Below are positions 8,915-18,996 of a DNA stretch of 64,000 nt, in pieces; within the stretch, counting starts at the first letter, position 1, and every line of letters starts with the position of its first letter. The notes under the pieces were generated by a model that saw only the letters and a program-made list of their open reading frames with translations, did no database searches and was not told the DNA's origin. A program made the position numbers and the translations under genes. The DNA is from an uncultured bacterium (GTDB lineage Bacteria; Krumholzibacteriota; Krumholzibacteriia; Krumholzibacteriales; Krumholzibacteriaceae): assembly GCA_963786935.1 (NCBI GenBank), contig CAWBAN010000002.1, forward strand, positions 96,001-160,000, read 5' to 3'.

Positions 8915-10933
8915 ATGATTAAATTAAGGAAGTCCGATTTCGATGTCATTGTCGTCGGCGCCGGGCATGCGGGGTGCGAGGCGGCGCTGGCGGCGAGCAG
9001 AATGGGCCATGGAACCCTGCTCGTCACGATGAGCCGGGAGCAAATCGCGCGAATGCCCTGCAATCCGGCAATCGGCGGGCTCGCCAAAGGCCAACTCGTG
9101 CGGGAGGTCGACGCGCTCGGCGGCGAAATGGGGCTCGCGATCGACGAGACGGGGATCCAGTTCCGTATGCTGAACCGCGCGAAGGGGCCCGCCGTGTGGT
9201 CTCCGCGGGCGCAGGCGGACAAACGCGCCTATCACCTCCGCATGCTCGCGGCCCTGGAAAATGCAGCCGATCTCGTCCTCCTCGAGGCGGCGGCGACGGC
9301 CGTTCTCGCGCGGAACGGGGCGGTCGAAGGGATCGAGGTCGCCGGGGAAAAGCGGTATCTGGCGCCGCGGGTCATTCTGGCCCTCGGGACATTTCCCAAC
9401 GGCCTCATGCATATCGGGGAGGAGAGCTTTCCGGGCGGGCGCGAAGGGGAGCCTCCCTCCCGCGGGCTCGCGGAGCAGCTCGTCGCCCTCGGGATCGAGC
9501 GCGGCAGGCTCAAGACGGGCACGCCTGCGCGGCTTGCGAGGGGCAGCATCGATTTCTCGCGCTGCGAGGCGCAGGACGGAGACCGCCGGCCCTCTCCTTT
9601 TTCCTTCAGAACAAAGGTGATGAACGTCCTTCAGGTGCCCTGCCACATCACTTACACCAACGCGCGGACGCACGAGATCATACGCGGAAACCTGGACAGG
9701 TCCCCCCTCTACGCCGGGCGTATCAGGGGAATCGGCCCGCGATACTGCCCGTCCATCGAGGATAAGGTCGTGCGATTCGCGGACCGGGGGCGGCACCAGC
9801 TCTTCCTCGAGCCCGAGGGGCGCGAATCCGACGAGATCTACGTCAACGGGCTCTCGACGAGCCTCCCGCGCGACGTGCAGGACGAGATGATCCATTCGAT
9901 CGCGGGGCTCGAGGAGGCCGAGGTCGTCCGGCACGGCTACGCGATAGAATACGATTTCTACCCGCCGCACCAGATCTTCCCGACGCTCGAATCCCGCAGA
10001 ATCGCGGGGCTCTACTTCGCGGGACAGGTGAACGGCACCTCCGGGTACGAAGAGGCGGCGGCGCAGGGGATTCTCGCCGGCATAAACGCCGCGCGAAGCC
10101 TCGCCGGCGGGGATCCGCTCGTGCTCGGCCGGCACGAGGCATACGCCGGCGTTCTCGTCGACGACCTCGTGACGAAAGAGATCGACGAGCCGTACCGCAT
10201 GTTCACGTCCCGGGCGGAGCACCGGCTCGTGCTGCGGCAGGACAACGCGGACGAGCGGCTCTTCAAGCACGCCTTTCGATGCGGGCTTCTGCCGCACGCG
10301 CTCTGGGAAGACATGATCGCGAGCCGGAAGCGCGTGGCGCGGGCGCGGAGAGAGGGCGAGCGGCGCACGCTGGGCGTGGAAGAATGCAGCCGGATTCTTG
10401 CGGAAAAAGGCCTCGGGAGCGCTCCCTCCCCGCTCCGGATCGCGCAACTGCTCCAGCGCCCCGGCATTTCGGTCGCGGACATCGAGGGCGCGCGATCGGC
10501 GGGGGACGCTGACGCTCCCGCAAAGGCGGCGAGCGCTGATGTTCCCGCAAAGGGGTTGGGCGCGGCCGGCGCTCCTTTTGCCGGGCTTTCGCCGCGGGAG
10601 AAGGAGACGCTCGAGATTCAAATCAAGTATGACGGCTACATCCGCAGGCAGAAGCGGCTCGCGGAACGGATGCTGAAGATCGAAAGAGTGCGGATCCCCG
10701 AAGATTTTTCCTACAATATCGAGGCCCTCAGCGCCGAAGCGAGGCTCAAGCTCGAGAAATTCAAGCCCACGACGCTCGCCCGGGCGTCTAGAATATCCGG
10801 CGTGCGGTCGTCGGACCTCTCGATCCTCATGATTCATCTCGAAAAGCGCGAGCGCGTCGCCGCAAACAGCGCGGGGCGCGTCGGTGAGCGGAAGGCCGCG
10901 CGCCGACGGGCACGGAACGGCGGGAAGGTATGA
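8915..10933 (+). CDS. mnmG: tRNA uridine-5-carboxymethylaminomethyl modification enzyme MnmG (GidA)
   Basis: VVGAGHAGCEAA, MPCNPAIGG, RLKTGTP, GPRYCPSIEDK, AGQVNGTSGYEEAAAQG, EPYRMFTSRAE. Confidence 0.98.
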   Translation: MIKLRKSDFDVIVVGAGHAGCEAALAASRMGHGTLLVTMSREQIARMPCNPAIGGLAKGQLVREVDALGGEMGLAIDETGIQFRMLNRAKGPAVWSPRAQADKRAYHLRMLAALENAADLVLLEAAATAVLARNGAVEGIEVAGEKRYLAPRVILALGTFPNGLMHIGEESFPGGREGEPPSRGLAEQLVALGIERGRLKTGTPARLARGSIDFSRCEAQDGDRRPSPFSFRTKVMNVLQVPCHITYTNARTHEIIRGNLDRSPLYAGRIRGIGPRYCPSIEDKVVRFADRGRHQLFLEPEGRESDEIYVNGLSTSLPRDVQDEMIHSIAGLEEAEVVRHGYAIEYDFYPPHQIFPTLESRRIAGLYFAGQVNGTSGYEEAAAQGILAGINAARSLAGGDPLVLGRHEAYAGVLVDDLVTKEIDEPYRMFTSRAEHRLVLRQDNADERLFKHAFRCGLLPHALWEDMIASRKRVARARREGERRTLGVEECSRILAEKGLGSAPSPLRIAQLLQRPGISVADIEGARSAGDADAPAKAASADVPAKGLGAAGAPFAGLSPREKETLEIQIKYDGYIRRQKRLAERMLKIERVRIPEDFSYNIEALSAEARLKLEKFKPTTLARASRISGVRSSDLSILMIHLEKRERVAANSAGRVGERKAARRRARNGGKV

Positions 10934-11574
10934 GCGGCGAAAAAAGCGAAATAATCGCGGCTTCCGCGCTTCGGCGCGCGGGATTCGTGGTCACGGCGCC
11001 CGAAACCGTCGAAATGCTCACCCGCTACCTCCGCGAGGTGGATTACTGGAGCGGGAAGATGCACCTCGTCGGCAAGGGGCGCCTCGGAGCCAGCATCGAG
11101 GTTCTCGCGCTCGATTCGCTCGCGCTCCTGAGCGCCGTGGAAGTGAGCGGGATCGCGGCCGGCAGAGCGGCGGACATCGGTTCCGGCGCGGGATTCCCCG
11201 GGCTGGTGTGGAAGATCGTGCGGCCGGGGATGCAGATGACGCTCTTCGAACGCAGGCTCAAGCCGCAGCTGTTTCTCGAAAGAACAGTGGCGACGCTCGG
11301 CCTCGCGGGGATCTCGGTGATCGGAGACGATGCGGCGAACTGCGCGGACGTGGGCTCATTCGATCTCGTCGCCTCGAAGGCCGCGGGAAGGCTCGGCGAG
11401 ATGCTCCCCCTGGCGGAGAGGCTTCTCGTGCCCGGCGGCGGATACGCCACGCTCAAGGGGCGGGTATGGAAGAGCGAGGTGCCGGAGCGTTTTCAATCCT
11501 CGATGGAGCTGGTATCGGCCGTCGAGCTCCCCGAAAAGCGCGGCGCCGCCTTGATTTTCCGCAAAAAACCCTGA
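10930..11574 (+). CDS. rsmG: 16S rRNA m7G527 methyltransferase RsmG (GidB)
   Basis: ADIGSGAGFPGL SAM-binding motif; overlaps the mnmG stop codon. Confidence 0.9.
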   Translation: MSGEKSEIIAASALRRAGFVVTAPETVEMLTRYLREVDYWSGKMHLVGKGRLGASIEVLALDSLALLSAVEVSGIAAGRAADIGSGAGFPGLVWKIVRPGMQMTLFERRLKPQLFLERTVATLGLAGISVIGDDAANCADVGSFDLVASKAAGRLGEMLPLAERLLVPGGGYATLKGRVWKSEVPERFQSSMELVSAVELPEKRGAALIFRKKP

Positions 11575-11581
11575 TTCCGGG

Positions 11582-11597
11582 TGTTTCACGTGAAACA
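11582..11597. promoter_or_regulatory. parS centromere-like site 1
   Basis: Perfect palindrome TGTTTCACGTGAAACA. Confidence 0.93.
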
Positions 11598-11635
11598 CGA
11601 GCCGCTGGGAACCAGCCGGGGGCCGCGCCCTCCGC

Positions 11636-11651
11636 TGTTTCACGTGAAACA
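11636..11651. promoter_or_regulatory. parS centromere-like site 2
   Basis: Perfect palindrome TGTTTCACGTGAAACA, 54 bp after site 1. Confidence 0.93.
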
Positions 11652-11688
11652 AATAACCCGGAAAGCCTTTCGCGCGGCGCTTTTTCCG

Positions 11689-11717
11689 TTGCTTTCCCCC
11701 CGCACGAAATCTATAAT
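11689..11717 (+). promoter_or_regulatory. Putative sigma70 promoter for the lipoprotein-parAB unit
   Basis: TTGCTT-N17-TATAAT, followed by AAGGAGGAGG RBS and ATG at 11751. Confidence 0.65.
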
Positions 11718-11750
11718 GCCATTGACCCCGCCTCTCTCAAGGAGGAGGCT

Positions 11751-13046
11751 ATGAAAACCACCAAATTCTATCTGCTTGCAGTGTCGGCAATTATCTCTTT
11801 TGCGCTGGCGCTGGCCGGTTGCGAAAGCAAGGTCAAGGTCGCCAACACGGATCCCGGCGATCTCACGCTCAGCGTGAGCAAGTGCTTCATCGAGAAGGGG
11901 GGCACGATAACGTGCAGCGGAAGCGCGACCGATGACGACGGCGATCCGCTCACGTTCAAATGGACGGCGACGGCCGGGACCTTTACGCCCGCGTCGGGCG
12001 AGGGGACGAGCGTGCAGTGGACGGCGCCCAACTCGCCGGCCGCCGTGACGATCACAATGGCCGTAACAGATGAAATAGTAACGGTTAAGAAGACACAGGC
12101 AGTCACGGCCTGCGCTCCCGTCCAGAGCTCGATCATCGCCGATGCGACGCTCGCGAACACGGGCGCCGTCTATATCGTCAAGAACACGGACCTGCTCCCC
12201 ATCTCCTCGGCTGCCACGCTTACTATCGAGCCGGGCGTGACGATTGTGTTCGATAACCCATCGTCGGGATTTCTCGCGGAGGGGCGTATCGTCGCCGAAG
12301 GCACCTCGAGCGAGAAGATCCGATTCCGTGGGAACACGTGCGGCTCGAGCACCGGCCTCTGGGACGGCATTTATATAACGGAAAGCTATGGCAGGGCGAG
12401 CTTCCGGCACGTGGAGCTCACCGCGAGCTCGGACGGGATACGGCTAGACGGGGGCGCGCAGCTCACGATGGCCGAGTCGGCGGTGTACGATAACACCAAC
12501 ATGGGCATCAGCCTCGTCGGCAATCTCACGACGGCTACCATCCGCGGCTGCGAAATCTGGGATAACGGCATCGGGATCGAAATATCGAACGCCACCGTCG
12601 ACATCAGCGGGACATCGATAAACTACAACCTCGGCAGCGGCGTCAGAATTGCGTATTCGCTCGACGAAACGAAAGTGACGATAGACAGCAGCACGGTCGC
12701 GGACAACGGAGAAGACGGCTTCCTGCTCTCGAACCTCGCCGCTCCCGAGATCCATTACTGCACGATAAGCGCCAACGGCGTGGAGTCCGGATATGGCTAC
12801 GCGATACGGCTCGCCGGCTACGCGGGCGGAGACACGATCCACGCGGAGAACAACTTCTGGGGCGTCGGGAACACGACGGCGCAGAAGATCGGGCTCGTGA
12901 TCCACGACGGCAATGACGCAGCGGGCCTGCCGTACGTCGGCATCGCACCGTGGCTCGCCGAGAGCCCCGGCATGCTCGGGACCGTCCCCGCGCCGCGGGG
13001 CGACGCGGCGATCGCAAAATCGAAAGAGAGAGAATGGGCAAGATAA
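11751..13046 (+). CDS. Lipoprotein with PKD/Ig-like domain and right-handed parallel beta-helix (pectin lyase-like) repeats
   Basis: True start MKTTKFYLL...LALAGC (lipobox) after a strong [16 protein letters not shown] is PKD-like; [12 protein letters not shown] and repeated I-x-x-N-x-x-x-G-I turns; AENNFWG. Confidence 0.75.
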   Translation: MKTTKFYLLAVSAIISFALALAGCESKVKVANTDPGDLTLSVSKCFIEKGGTITCSGSATDDDGDPLTFKWTATAGTFTPASGEGTSVQWTAPNSPAAVTITMAVTDEIVTVKKTQAVTACAPVQSSIIADATLANTGAVYIVKNTDLLPISSAATLTIEPGVTIVFDNPSSGFLAEGRIVAEGTSSEKIRFRGNTCGSSTGLWDGIYITESYGRASFRHVELTASSDGIRLDGGAQLTMAESAVYDNTNMGISLVGNLTTATIRGCEIWDNGIGIEISNATVDISGTSINYNLGSGVRIAYSLDETKVTIDSSTVADNGEDGFLLSNLAAPEIHYCTISANGVESGYGYAIRLAGYAGGDTIHAENNFWGVGNTTAQKIGLVIHDGNDAAGLPYVGIAPWLAESPGMLGTVPAPRGDAAIAKSKEREWAR

Positions 13047-13873
13047 TCGCGATAGCGAATCAGAAGGGGGGCGTCGGAAAGACGACGACCGCCGTGAATC
13101 TCGCGGCGAGCGTCGGGGCCGCCGAGAAGAAGGTGCTCCTCGTCGACATCGATCCGCAGGCGAACGCGAGCAGCGGATTCGGCGTCCGCGCGGGCGCGGG
13201 GGAATTAACTGTTTATGAAGTTATCCTCGGCGGCGCGAGCGCGCGGGAGGCGGTGCGGAAGGTCGAGCTCGTCGATCTGATCCCGTCCCAGCCGAAGCTC
13301 ATCGGCGCCGAGATCGAGCTCGTCTCGCAGATCGCCCGCGAGTACAAGCTCAAGGAAGCGCTCGCCGATATTCAGAAGGATTACGATTTCGTCTTCATCG
13401 ATTCGCCGCCGAGCCTCGGGCTCCTCACGCTCAACACCCTCACGGCGGCCGACTCCGTGCTGATTCCGATTCAATGCGAGTATTACGCGCTCGAGGGATT
13501 GAGCCAGCTCCTCAGCACCATTCGCATGGTTCAGAAGCATCTCAATCCCGATCTCAGGATCGAAGGGGTGCTCCTCACGATGTTCGACAAGCGACTCAAC
13601 CTTTCGAACCAGGTGGCGCAGGAAGCCATATCTTATTTCGGGGAAAAGGTTTACGAGACCGCAATACCCCGCAACGTCCGGCTCAGCGAGTGCCCGTCCT
13701 TCGGCCGCCCCGTCCTTCTCTACGACGTTTCGAGCGCCGGAGCCAAGAGCTATCTCAAGCTGGCGAAGGAGCTGATCGAACGGCAGGACGGCCATGTCGA
13801 GACCAAGGACAAGCTCACCCCCCTGATCGAGACGAGCAAAAAAGCGAGCGAAGGAAGGTGGCAGCCGAAATGA
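13034..13873 (+). CDS. parA: Chromosome partitioning ATPase ParA/Soj
   Basis: [59 protein letters not shown]. Confidence 0.97.
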   Translation: MGKIIAIANQKGGVGKTTTAVNLAASVGAAEKKVLLVDIDPQANASSGFGVRAGAGELTVYEVILGGASAREAVRKVELVDLIPSQPKLIGAEIELVSQIAREYKLKEALADIQKDYDFVFIDSPPSLGLLTLNTLTAADSVLIPIQCEYYALEGLSQLLSTIRMVQKHLNPDLRIEGVLLTMFDKRLNLSNQVAQEAISYFGEKVYETAIPRNVRLSECPSFGRPVLLYDVSSAGAKSYLKLAKELIERQDGHVETKDKLTPLIETSKKASEGRWQPK

Positions 13874-14724
13874 AGAAGGTGCTCGGGCGCGGGATCGAAG
13901 CCTTGATTTCGCAGGATCTCCGGGAGAGCGTCTCGGAGACGGAGCGGGTCAAGGATCTCGACATCGAACACATCGATCCGAATCCCCGTCAGCCGCGGGA
14001 GCATTTCGACGGTGAGCACCTGGGCGAGCTCGCCGAGTCGATCAGGCAGAACGGCGTGCTGCAGCCGATCGTGGTGCGGCGCGTCGAGGGACGCTACGAG
14101 CTCGTCCTCGGCGAGCGGCGCCTGCGCGCGGCCAAGCTCGCGGGGCGCGCGACGATCCCCGCCATCGTGCGCGAGGTGGACGACGCCGACTCGCTCCGGC
14201 ACGCGCTCATGGAGAATCTCCAGCGCGAGGATCTGAATCCGATGGAGGAGGCGCGCGGGTATCAGGCGCTCAAGGACGGCTTCGGGCTCCCGGTCGCCGA
14301 CATCGCCGCGATGATCGGGAAGAACCGGAGCACCGTCGCGAACAGCATGCGGCTCCTCAACCTCCCCGACGTGGTCAAGACGCTCATCGTCGAGGGAAAG
14401 CTCACGGCGGGGCACGCGCGGGCGCTGCTGGCGATCGAAGGGGAAGAGGCGCAGATCGAATGGGCGCGCCGGATCGTGAGCGAGAGCCTCACCGTGCGGG
14501 AGATCGAGCGCACGGCGCCGGGCAAGCCGCGCGGGAAAAAGCGCCGCGGCCCGCGGAAGATGTCCCCGCAGCTCCAGGCGGTCGAAGACGCGATCGAAAC
14601 CCATCTCGGCACGCGCGCGAAGATCGTGCCGCGGACGAAGGGCGGCATCATCTGGATCGAGTATTATTCGGACGAGGAGCTCGAGAGCGTTCTCGAGAGA
14701 ATGGGAATCGAGCTTCCGCGATAG
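13870..14724 (+). CDS. parB: Chromosome partitioning protein ParB/Spo0J
   Basis: [36 protein letters not shown] (CTPase motif), [17 protein letters not shown] region. Confidence 0.97.
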   Translation: MKKVLGRGIEALISQDLRESVSETERVKDLDIEHIDPNPRQPREHFDGEHLGELAESIRQNGVLQPIVVRRVEGRYELVLGERRLRAAKLAGRATIPAIVREVDDADSLRHALMENLQREDLNPMEEARGYQALKDGFGLPVADIAAMIGKNRSTVANSMRLLNLPDVVKTLIVEGKLTAGHARALLAIEGEEAQIEWARRIVSESLTVREIERTAPGKPRGKKRRGPRKMSPQLQAVEDAIETHLGTRAKIVPRTKGGIIWIEYYSDEELESVLERMGIELPR

Positions 14725-14745
14725 GGCGGCTCGCCGGCGCGCGGT

Positions 14746-15525
14746 ATGGATAAGGGAAGATTCTCGATAATCATCGTTCCGCACGATCTCAAGAAGACGC
14801 GCACGGTGCGCCTGCCGTACACGCTCTTCTACGCGATCGTCGGGGTTCTCGCCGCGGGCGTGGCGATTCTGGTCGTCTTCGCGGCGACCTACGGCGCGCT
14901 CCTCCTCAAGGTGCAGGAGGGGCGGATGTACAAGCACCAGCTCGACGAGATGCGGAAGCGCCAGGAGAAGGTCGTCGAGATTCAGCGGAACGTGGCTCAG
15001 CTGCGCGCGATGAACATGCAGGTGCGCCGGATGCTCGGGCTCGTCGTGACGCCCGCGGACAGCATCGCGATGAACGAGGTCGAGCGCGGCGAGTCGACGA
15101 TGCCCGAGGGGCTCCGGCGGGAGCAGGCCGCCATGCTGCGGGCGATCCCGACCTTCTGGCCGGTGCGCGGATACATCACGAAGCGGTTCAGCGCGGCCGA
15201 GGGGGAGCGGGAGACGATCTTTCACGGCGGGCTGGATATCGCGGTCGACAAGGGCACGCCGGTGCGCGCCGCCGCGTCGGGCTACGCGGCGGAAACGGGA
15301 TGGAACGATTCGTACGGCTACTACGCGCAGATTGACCACGGCTACGGAATAAAAACGCTTTACGCGCACCTCGACATGCTGGTAGTCTCCAAGGGGGAGC
15401 GCGTGGCGCAGGGACAGACCATCGCGTATTCGGGCAACACGGGGAGAAGCACGGCGCCCCATCTGCATTTTCAGGTGACGCAGAATAACGTCCCCGTGGA
15501 CCCGTTGAAATATCTGCTGCAATAG
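14746..15525 (+). CDS. M23 family metallopeptidase with N-terminal TM helix and coiled coil
   Basis: HGGLDIA, TLYAHL, GNTGRSTAPHLHF zinc motifs. Confidence 0.92.
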   Translation: MDKGRFSIIIVPHDLKKTRTVRLPYTLFYAIVGVLAAGVAILVVFAATYGALLLKVQEGRMYKHQLDEMRKRQEKVVEIQRNVAQLRAMNMQVRRMLGLVVTPADSIAMNEVERGESTMPEGLRREQAAMLRAIPTFWPVRGYITKRFSAAEGERETIFHGGLDIAVDKGTPVRAAASGYAAETGWNDSYGYYAQIDHGYGIKTLYAHLDMLVVSKGERVAQGQTIAYSGNTGRSTAPHLHFQVTQNNVPVDPLKYLLQ

Positions 15526-15573
15526 GGGGGGAATATGATAGGAGGAAAGAAAGAGGCGCGGAAGGAGGACGTC

Positions 15574-16014
15574 ATGTTCGGGAAAGAGGGCGAACAGCTC
15601 CCAGGGGAGGGCAAAATGAATTCGATCATCGGCAAGGGCTGCAAGATCACCGGAACGATCGTTGTCAGCGAGGGAACGCTCCGGGTCGACGGCGAGTTCG
15701 AGGGAACGATCACGGTCCCGGACACGCTCGTCATCGGCAAGGACGGCCGCGTGAAAGCCGAGGTCAAGGTGAAGAGCGCGGTCGTGGGCGGCACGATCGT
15801 CGGCAACATCGACGCGAAGGAAAAGATCGAGCTTCAGGCCGGATCGCGCGTCGAGGGAGACATCAAGACGACCCGCCTCGTCATCGACGAGGGCGTCTTC
15901 TTCGAGGGCAACTGCAAGATGAGCCCCGACGGACGGAGCGAGCAGAAGCCGACGACCCAGCAGCCGCAGTACCAGCAGCCGAAAAAGCCCGAGATGCCCG
16001 TCGGCGCGCGGTGA
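15574..16014 (+). CDS. Bactofilin (polymer-forming cytoskeletal protein, CcmA family)
   Basis: SIIGKGCKITGTI, LRVDGEFEG, VEGDIKTTRLVIDEGVFFEGNC. Start MFGK follows an AAGGAGG RBS. Confidence 0.93.
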   Translation: MFGKEGEQLPGEGKMNSIIGKGCKITGTIVVSEGTLRVDGEFEGTITVPDTLVIGKDGRVKAEVKVKSAVVGGTIVGNIDAKEKIELQAGSRVEGDIKTTRLVIDEGVFFEGNCKMSPDGRSEQKPTTQQPQYQQPKKPEMPVGAR

Positions 16015-16143
16015 CGATCGGCGCGCAGCGCAGGCGAAATAGATTGTGATGACGGTGCGCGTCCGGCAAGGGGCCGGAGCGCGCGAGAGATGCAAGGCGC
16101 CCGATCGCGGGCGCCTTTCGCTTCCCGCTCCGCGGGGAATGCC

Positions 16144-18597
16144 ATGATAGGCGAAACGATATCTCACTATAAAATTCTCGGGAAGCTCGGCGAGGGCGGG
16201 ATGGGAGAGGTCTACCGCGCCGAGGACACGAAACTCAAGCGCGTCGTGGCGATCAAGGTTCTGCCCGAGGACCTCGGCCGCGACGCGGAGGCGCGGGAGC
16301 GGTTTCTGCGCGAGGCGCAGGCGGCCTCCGCGCTCCAGCACGAGAATATCTGCGCCATCCACGAGATCGGCGAAGCGCCGGACGGCCGGATGTTCATCTG
16401 CATGGACTGCTATGACGGCGTGACGCTCAAGGAGCGGGTCGCCGCCGGTCCGCTGCCGATCGGAGACGCGATCGACATCGCGGATCAAATCGCCGCGGGG
16501 CTTGCCAATGCGCACGGAGCGAAGATCGTTCATCGCGATATCAAGCCGGCGAACGTCATCGTCACCCGCCGGGGCGTGGCGAAGATTCTGGATTTCGGGC
16601 TCGCCAAGCCAGCGGGAGCGGCGACGCTGACGAAGATGGGATCGACGATGGGGACCGTCGCCTATATGAGCCCGGAGCAGGCGCGGGGGGACGCGGTCGA
16701 TCATCGGACGGACATCTGGTCGCTGGGCGCCGTTCTCTATGAGATGATCGCGGGGCGGCCGCCGTTCAGGGGGGAGTACGAGTCGGCGGTCCTGTACGCG
16801 ATCATGAACGAGATCCCCGAGCCGCTCACGGCGCTCCGGAGCGGCGTGCCCCTCGAGCTCGAGAGAATCGTCAATAAGTGTCTCGCGAAGGACGCGGCCG
16901 AGCGATACCAGACGGCGGCGGATTTCTCGGCCGATCTGCGCCGCCTCAAACGGGAGATCGCCGAGGGCGCGGCGCGGACGGCAGCGGTCGGCGTTTCGCG
17001 CGCGGGAACCGCCCGGCCCCCGGGGGACGGCGCGCCGCGCAAAGCGATGTCGCGCGGCGGGAGAATCGTCGCGCTCGCAGCCGGTGCGTCCGCGATTCTC
17101 GTCGCGCTGCTCGTGATATTCAATGCCGGCGGCGTGCGCGATCGTTTCGCCGGGAGACGCGGCACGGTCGAGCCGGGGCGCATCGAATCGCTCGCGATCC
17201 TGCCGTTCGTCAACGCCGACAACGATCCCGATACGGATTACCTGAGCGACGAGATACCGGCGAGCATCACGAACAACCTCTCCCGATTGACGAGCCTGCG
17301 CGTCGTGCCCCGGAGCAGCGCGTTCCGCTATCGGGGGCGCGAGGGGGATCTCGCCGCCGTGGGACGGAAGCTGAACGTCCGCGCCATTCTCACGGGGCAG
17401 ATCCGCGTGCGAGGGGAAGATCTCAGCATCCGAGCCGAGCTCGTGGACGTCGCGGAGGACCGCCAGCTCTGGGGAGAGCACTATTCGCTCAAGCTGTCCG
17501 ATATTCTCGCGTTCGAGCAGAGTATCGCCGAGCGAATAACGGACGCCCTGCGCGTGCGCTTGACCGAGAACGATCGGAACCGGCTCTCGAAGGCCCAGAC
17601 GGAGAATGCCGAGGCCCATCGGCTGTATCTCAAAGGGCGCTATTTCTGGAACAAGCGCTCGGAGGAAGGATTCAGAAACGCCAGCGGCTATTTCCAGAAA
17701 GCGATCGAAGAGGACCCGGCATATGCACTCGCATACACGGGATTGGCCGATTCCTACAGTGTTCTCGCCGCATTCGGCATCGCAGCCCCCCGCGACGTTT
17801 TCCCGAAGGCGAAGGCGGCGGTAAGCCGGGCGCTCGAGCTCGACAGCACGCTCGCCGAAGCGCATGTCTCTCTCGCGTTCATTCTGCAGCATTACGAGTG
17901 GAACTGGCTCGAAGCGGAGAAGGAATACAAGCGGGCCATCGAGCTCGATCCGACATACGCGACGGCGCTGCACTGGTACGCCCTCCTCCTTTTGACCATG
18001 GGCCGCGTCGAGGAAGCGACTGCGACCAGCGAGGCCGCGGCGCGGCTCGATCCGCTGTCTCTTCCCGTCGCCGCATCGCTGGGAAGCGTTTATTTGTTCA
18101 TGCGGCAGTACGAGAAGGCCGAGGAGCAGTGCCTGAAGGTGGTTGAAATGGATTCGAGCTTCGCCATGGCGCGAACGGCTCTCGCGACCGTGTATATAGA
18201 GCAGGGCCTCTATGAAAAGGCGATCAGGGAGCTGGAGGCCATCGCCGCGCTCCCGACGAGCACGCCGGAAGATATCGCGTACCTCGGGTTCGGATACGCT
18301 CGCGGAGGCAGAACGAAGGAAGCGCGAGAAATTCTCGCGAGGCTCGGCGCTCGAGCCCGGGAGCGATACGTGCCCCCGGTGTTTTTCGTGATGATCCACG
18401 CGGGGCTCGGCGAGATGGCCGAGGCGTTTACATGGGCGGAGAAGGCCGTTGAAGAGCGCGACTTTTATCTCCAGGGACTGCCTCGCATGATGGCGACCGA
18501 TCCGGCCGCGGCCGCCGATCCACGCGCCGTCGATATCGTTCGGCGCATGGGGCTCAGCCCGCCGCCGCGCGCGGGCGGGACCGCGCCTCGTCCTTAG
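16144..18597 (+). CDS. Hanks-type Ser/Thr protein kinase with TM helix, TolB-N/FlgO-like domain and TPR repeats
   Basis: LGEGGMGEVY, VAIK, HRDIKPAN, DFGLAK, GTVAYMSPEQ, hydrophobic segment, SLAILPFVN, multiple TPRs (AIELDPTYA). Confidence 0.93.
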   Translation: MIGETISHYKILGKLGEGGMGEVYRAEDTKLKRVVAIKVLPEDLGRDAEARERFLREAQAASALQHENICAIHEIGEAPDGRMFICMDCYDGVTLKERVAAGPLPIGDAIDIADQIAAGLANAHGAKIVHRDIKPANVIVTRRGVAKILDFGLAKPAGAATLTKMGSTMGTVAYMSPEQARGDAVDHRTDIWSLGAVLYEMIAGRPPFRGEYESAVLYAIMNEIPEPLTALRSGVPLELERIVNKCLAKDAAERYQTAADFSADLRRLKREIAEGAARTAAVGVSRAGTARPPGDGAPRKAMSRGGRIVALAAGASAILVALLVIFNAGGVRDRFAGRRGTVEPGRIESLAILPFVNADNDPDTDYLSDEIPASITNNLSRLTSLRVVPRSSAFRYRGREGDLAAVGRKLNVRAILTGQIRVRGEDLSIRAELVDVAEDRQLWGEHYSLKLSDILAFEQSIAERITDALRVRLTENDRNRLSKAQTENAEAHRLYLKGRYFWNKRSEEGFRNASGYFQKAIEEDPAYALAYTGLADSYSVLAAFGIAAPRDVFPKAKAAVSRALELDSTLAEAHVSLAFILQHYEWNWLEAEKEYKRAIELDPTYATALHWYALLLLTMGRVEEATATSEAAARLDPLSLPVAASLGSVYLFMRQYEKAEEQCLKVVEMDSSFAMARTALATVYIEQGLYEKAIRELEAIAALPTSTPEDIAYLGFGYARGGRTKEAREILARLGARARERYVPPVFFVMIHAGLGEMAEAFTWAEKAVEERDFYLQGLPRMMATDPAAAADPRAVDIVRRMGLSPPPRAGGTAPRP

Positions 18598-18611
18598 GAA
18601 GGAGCAAGCAT

Positions 18612-18989
18612 ATGAGACGGATCGCTGGTGCATCGTTGATTCTGTTCGTCTGCCTCGCGGCGGCGAACGCGCACGCCGGACGCATCTTCGGCGACATCAA
18701 GATGGACGGGAAGCCGGTTTCGGCGGGCCTCATGGTGACGATCGTCCCGGCGCCGCCGGCGAGCGCCCCGGCCGACACCGTCAAGCACGCCGCCGTCACG
18801 GCCGACACGACGCTCACCGACACGTTCGGCTCGTATAAGTTGAACGTGAAACAGGAGGGAAAGTGCGTCCTGACCCTCGTCTACGAGAAAAAGGCGCTCA
18901 CGCTCGAAGTCTTCTCGTACAAGAACGCGACGCGCTACGACCTGATTCTCGAGAAGAAGGACGGCAAGCCGTCCCTGAGAAGGAAGTGA
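18612..18989 (+). CDS. Small secreted protein (possible carboxypeptidase-regulatory-like beta-sandwich)
   Basis: AAGGAG RBS, signal peptide ending AHA, GRIFGDI...TLTDTFGSY pattern. Confidence 0.6.
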   Translation: MRRIAGASLILFVCLAAANAHAGRIFGDIKMDGKPVSAGLMVTIVPAPPASAPADTVKHAAVTADTTLTDTFGSYKLNVKQEGKCVLTLVYEKKALTLEVFSYKNATRYDLILEKKDGKPSLRRK

Positions 18990-18996
18990 CCGCGAA

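Noticed and set aside
10884..11750. N-terminal ~290 aa of the 720-aa ORF 10884..13046
   Set aside because: Overlaps rsmG and both parS sites. The real start is ATG 11751, with promoter, RBS and lipoprotein signal.
13750..18633. Very long antisense ORFs (1627 aa here; also 4788..8258, 32596..35025, 40044..42941, 51954..54743, 59382..61865, 61609..63996)
   Set aside because: Shadow frames opposite clearly identifiable genes. Strong GC3 bias depletes antisense stop codons, and the translations are Arg/Ala-rich with no motifs.
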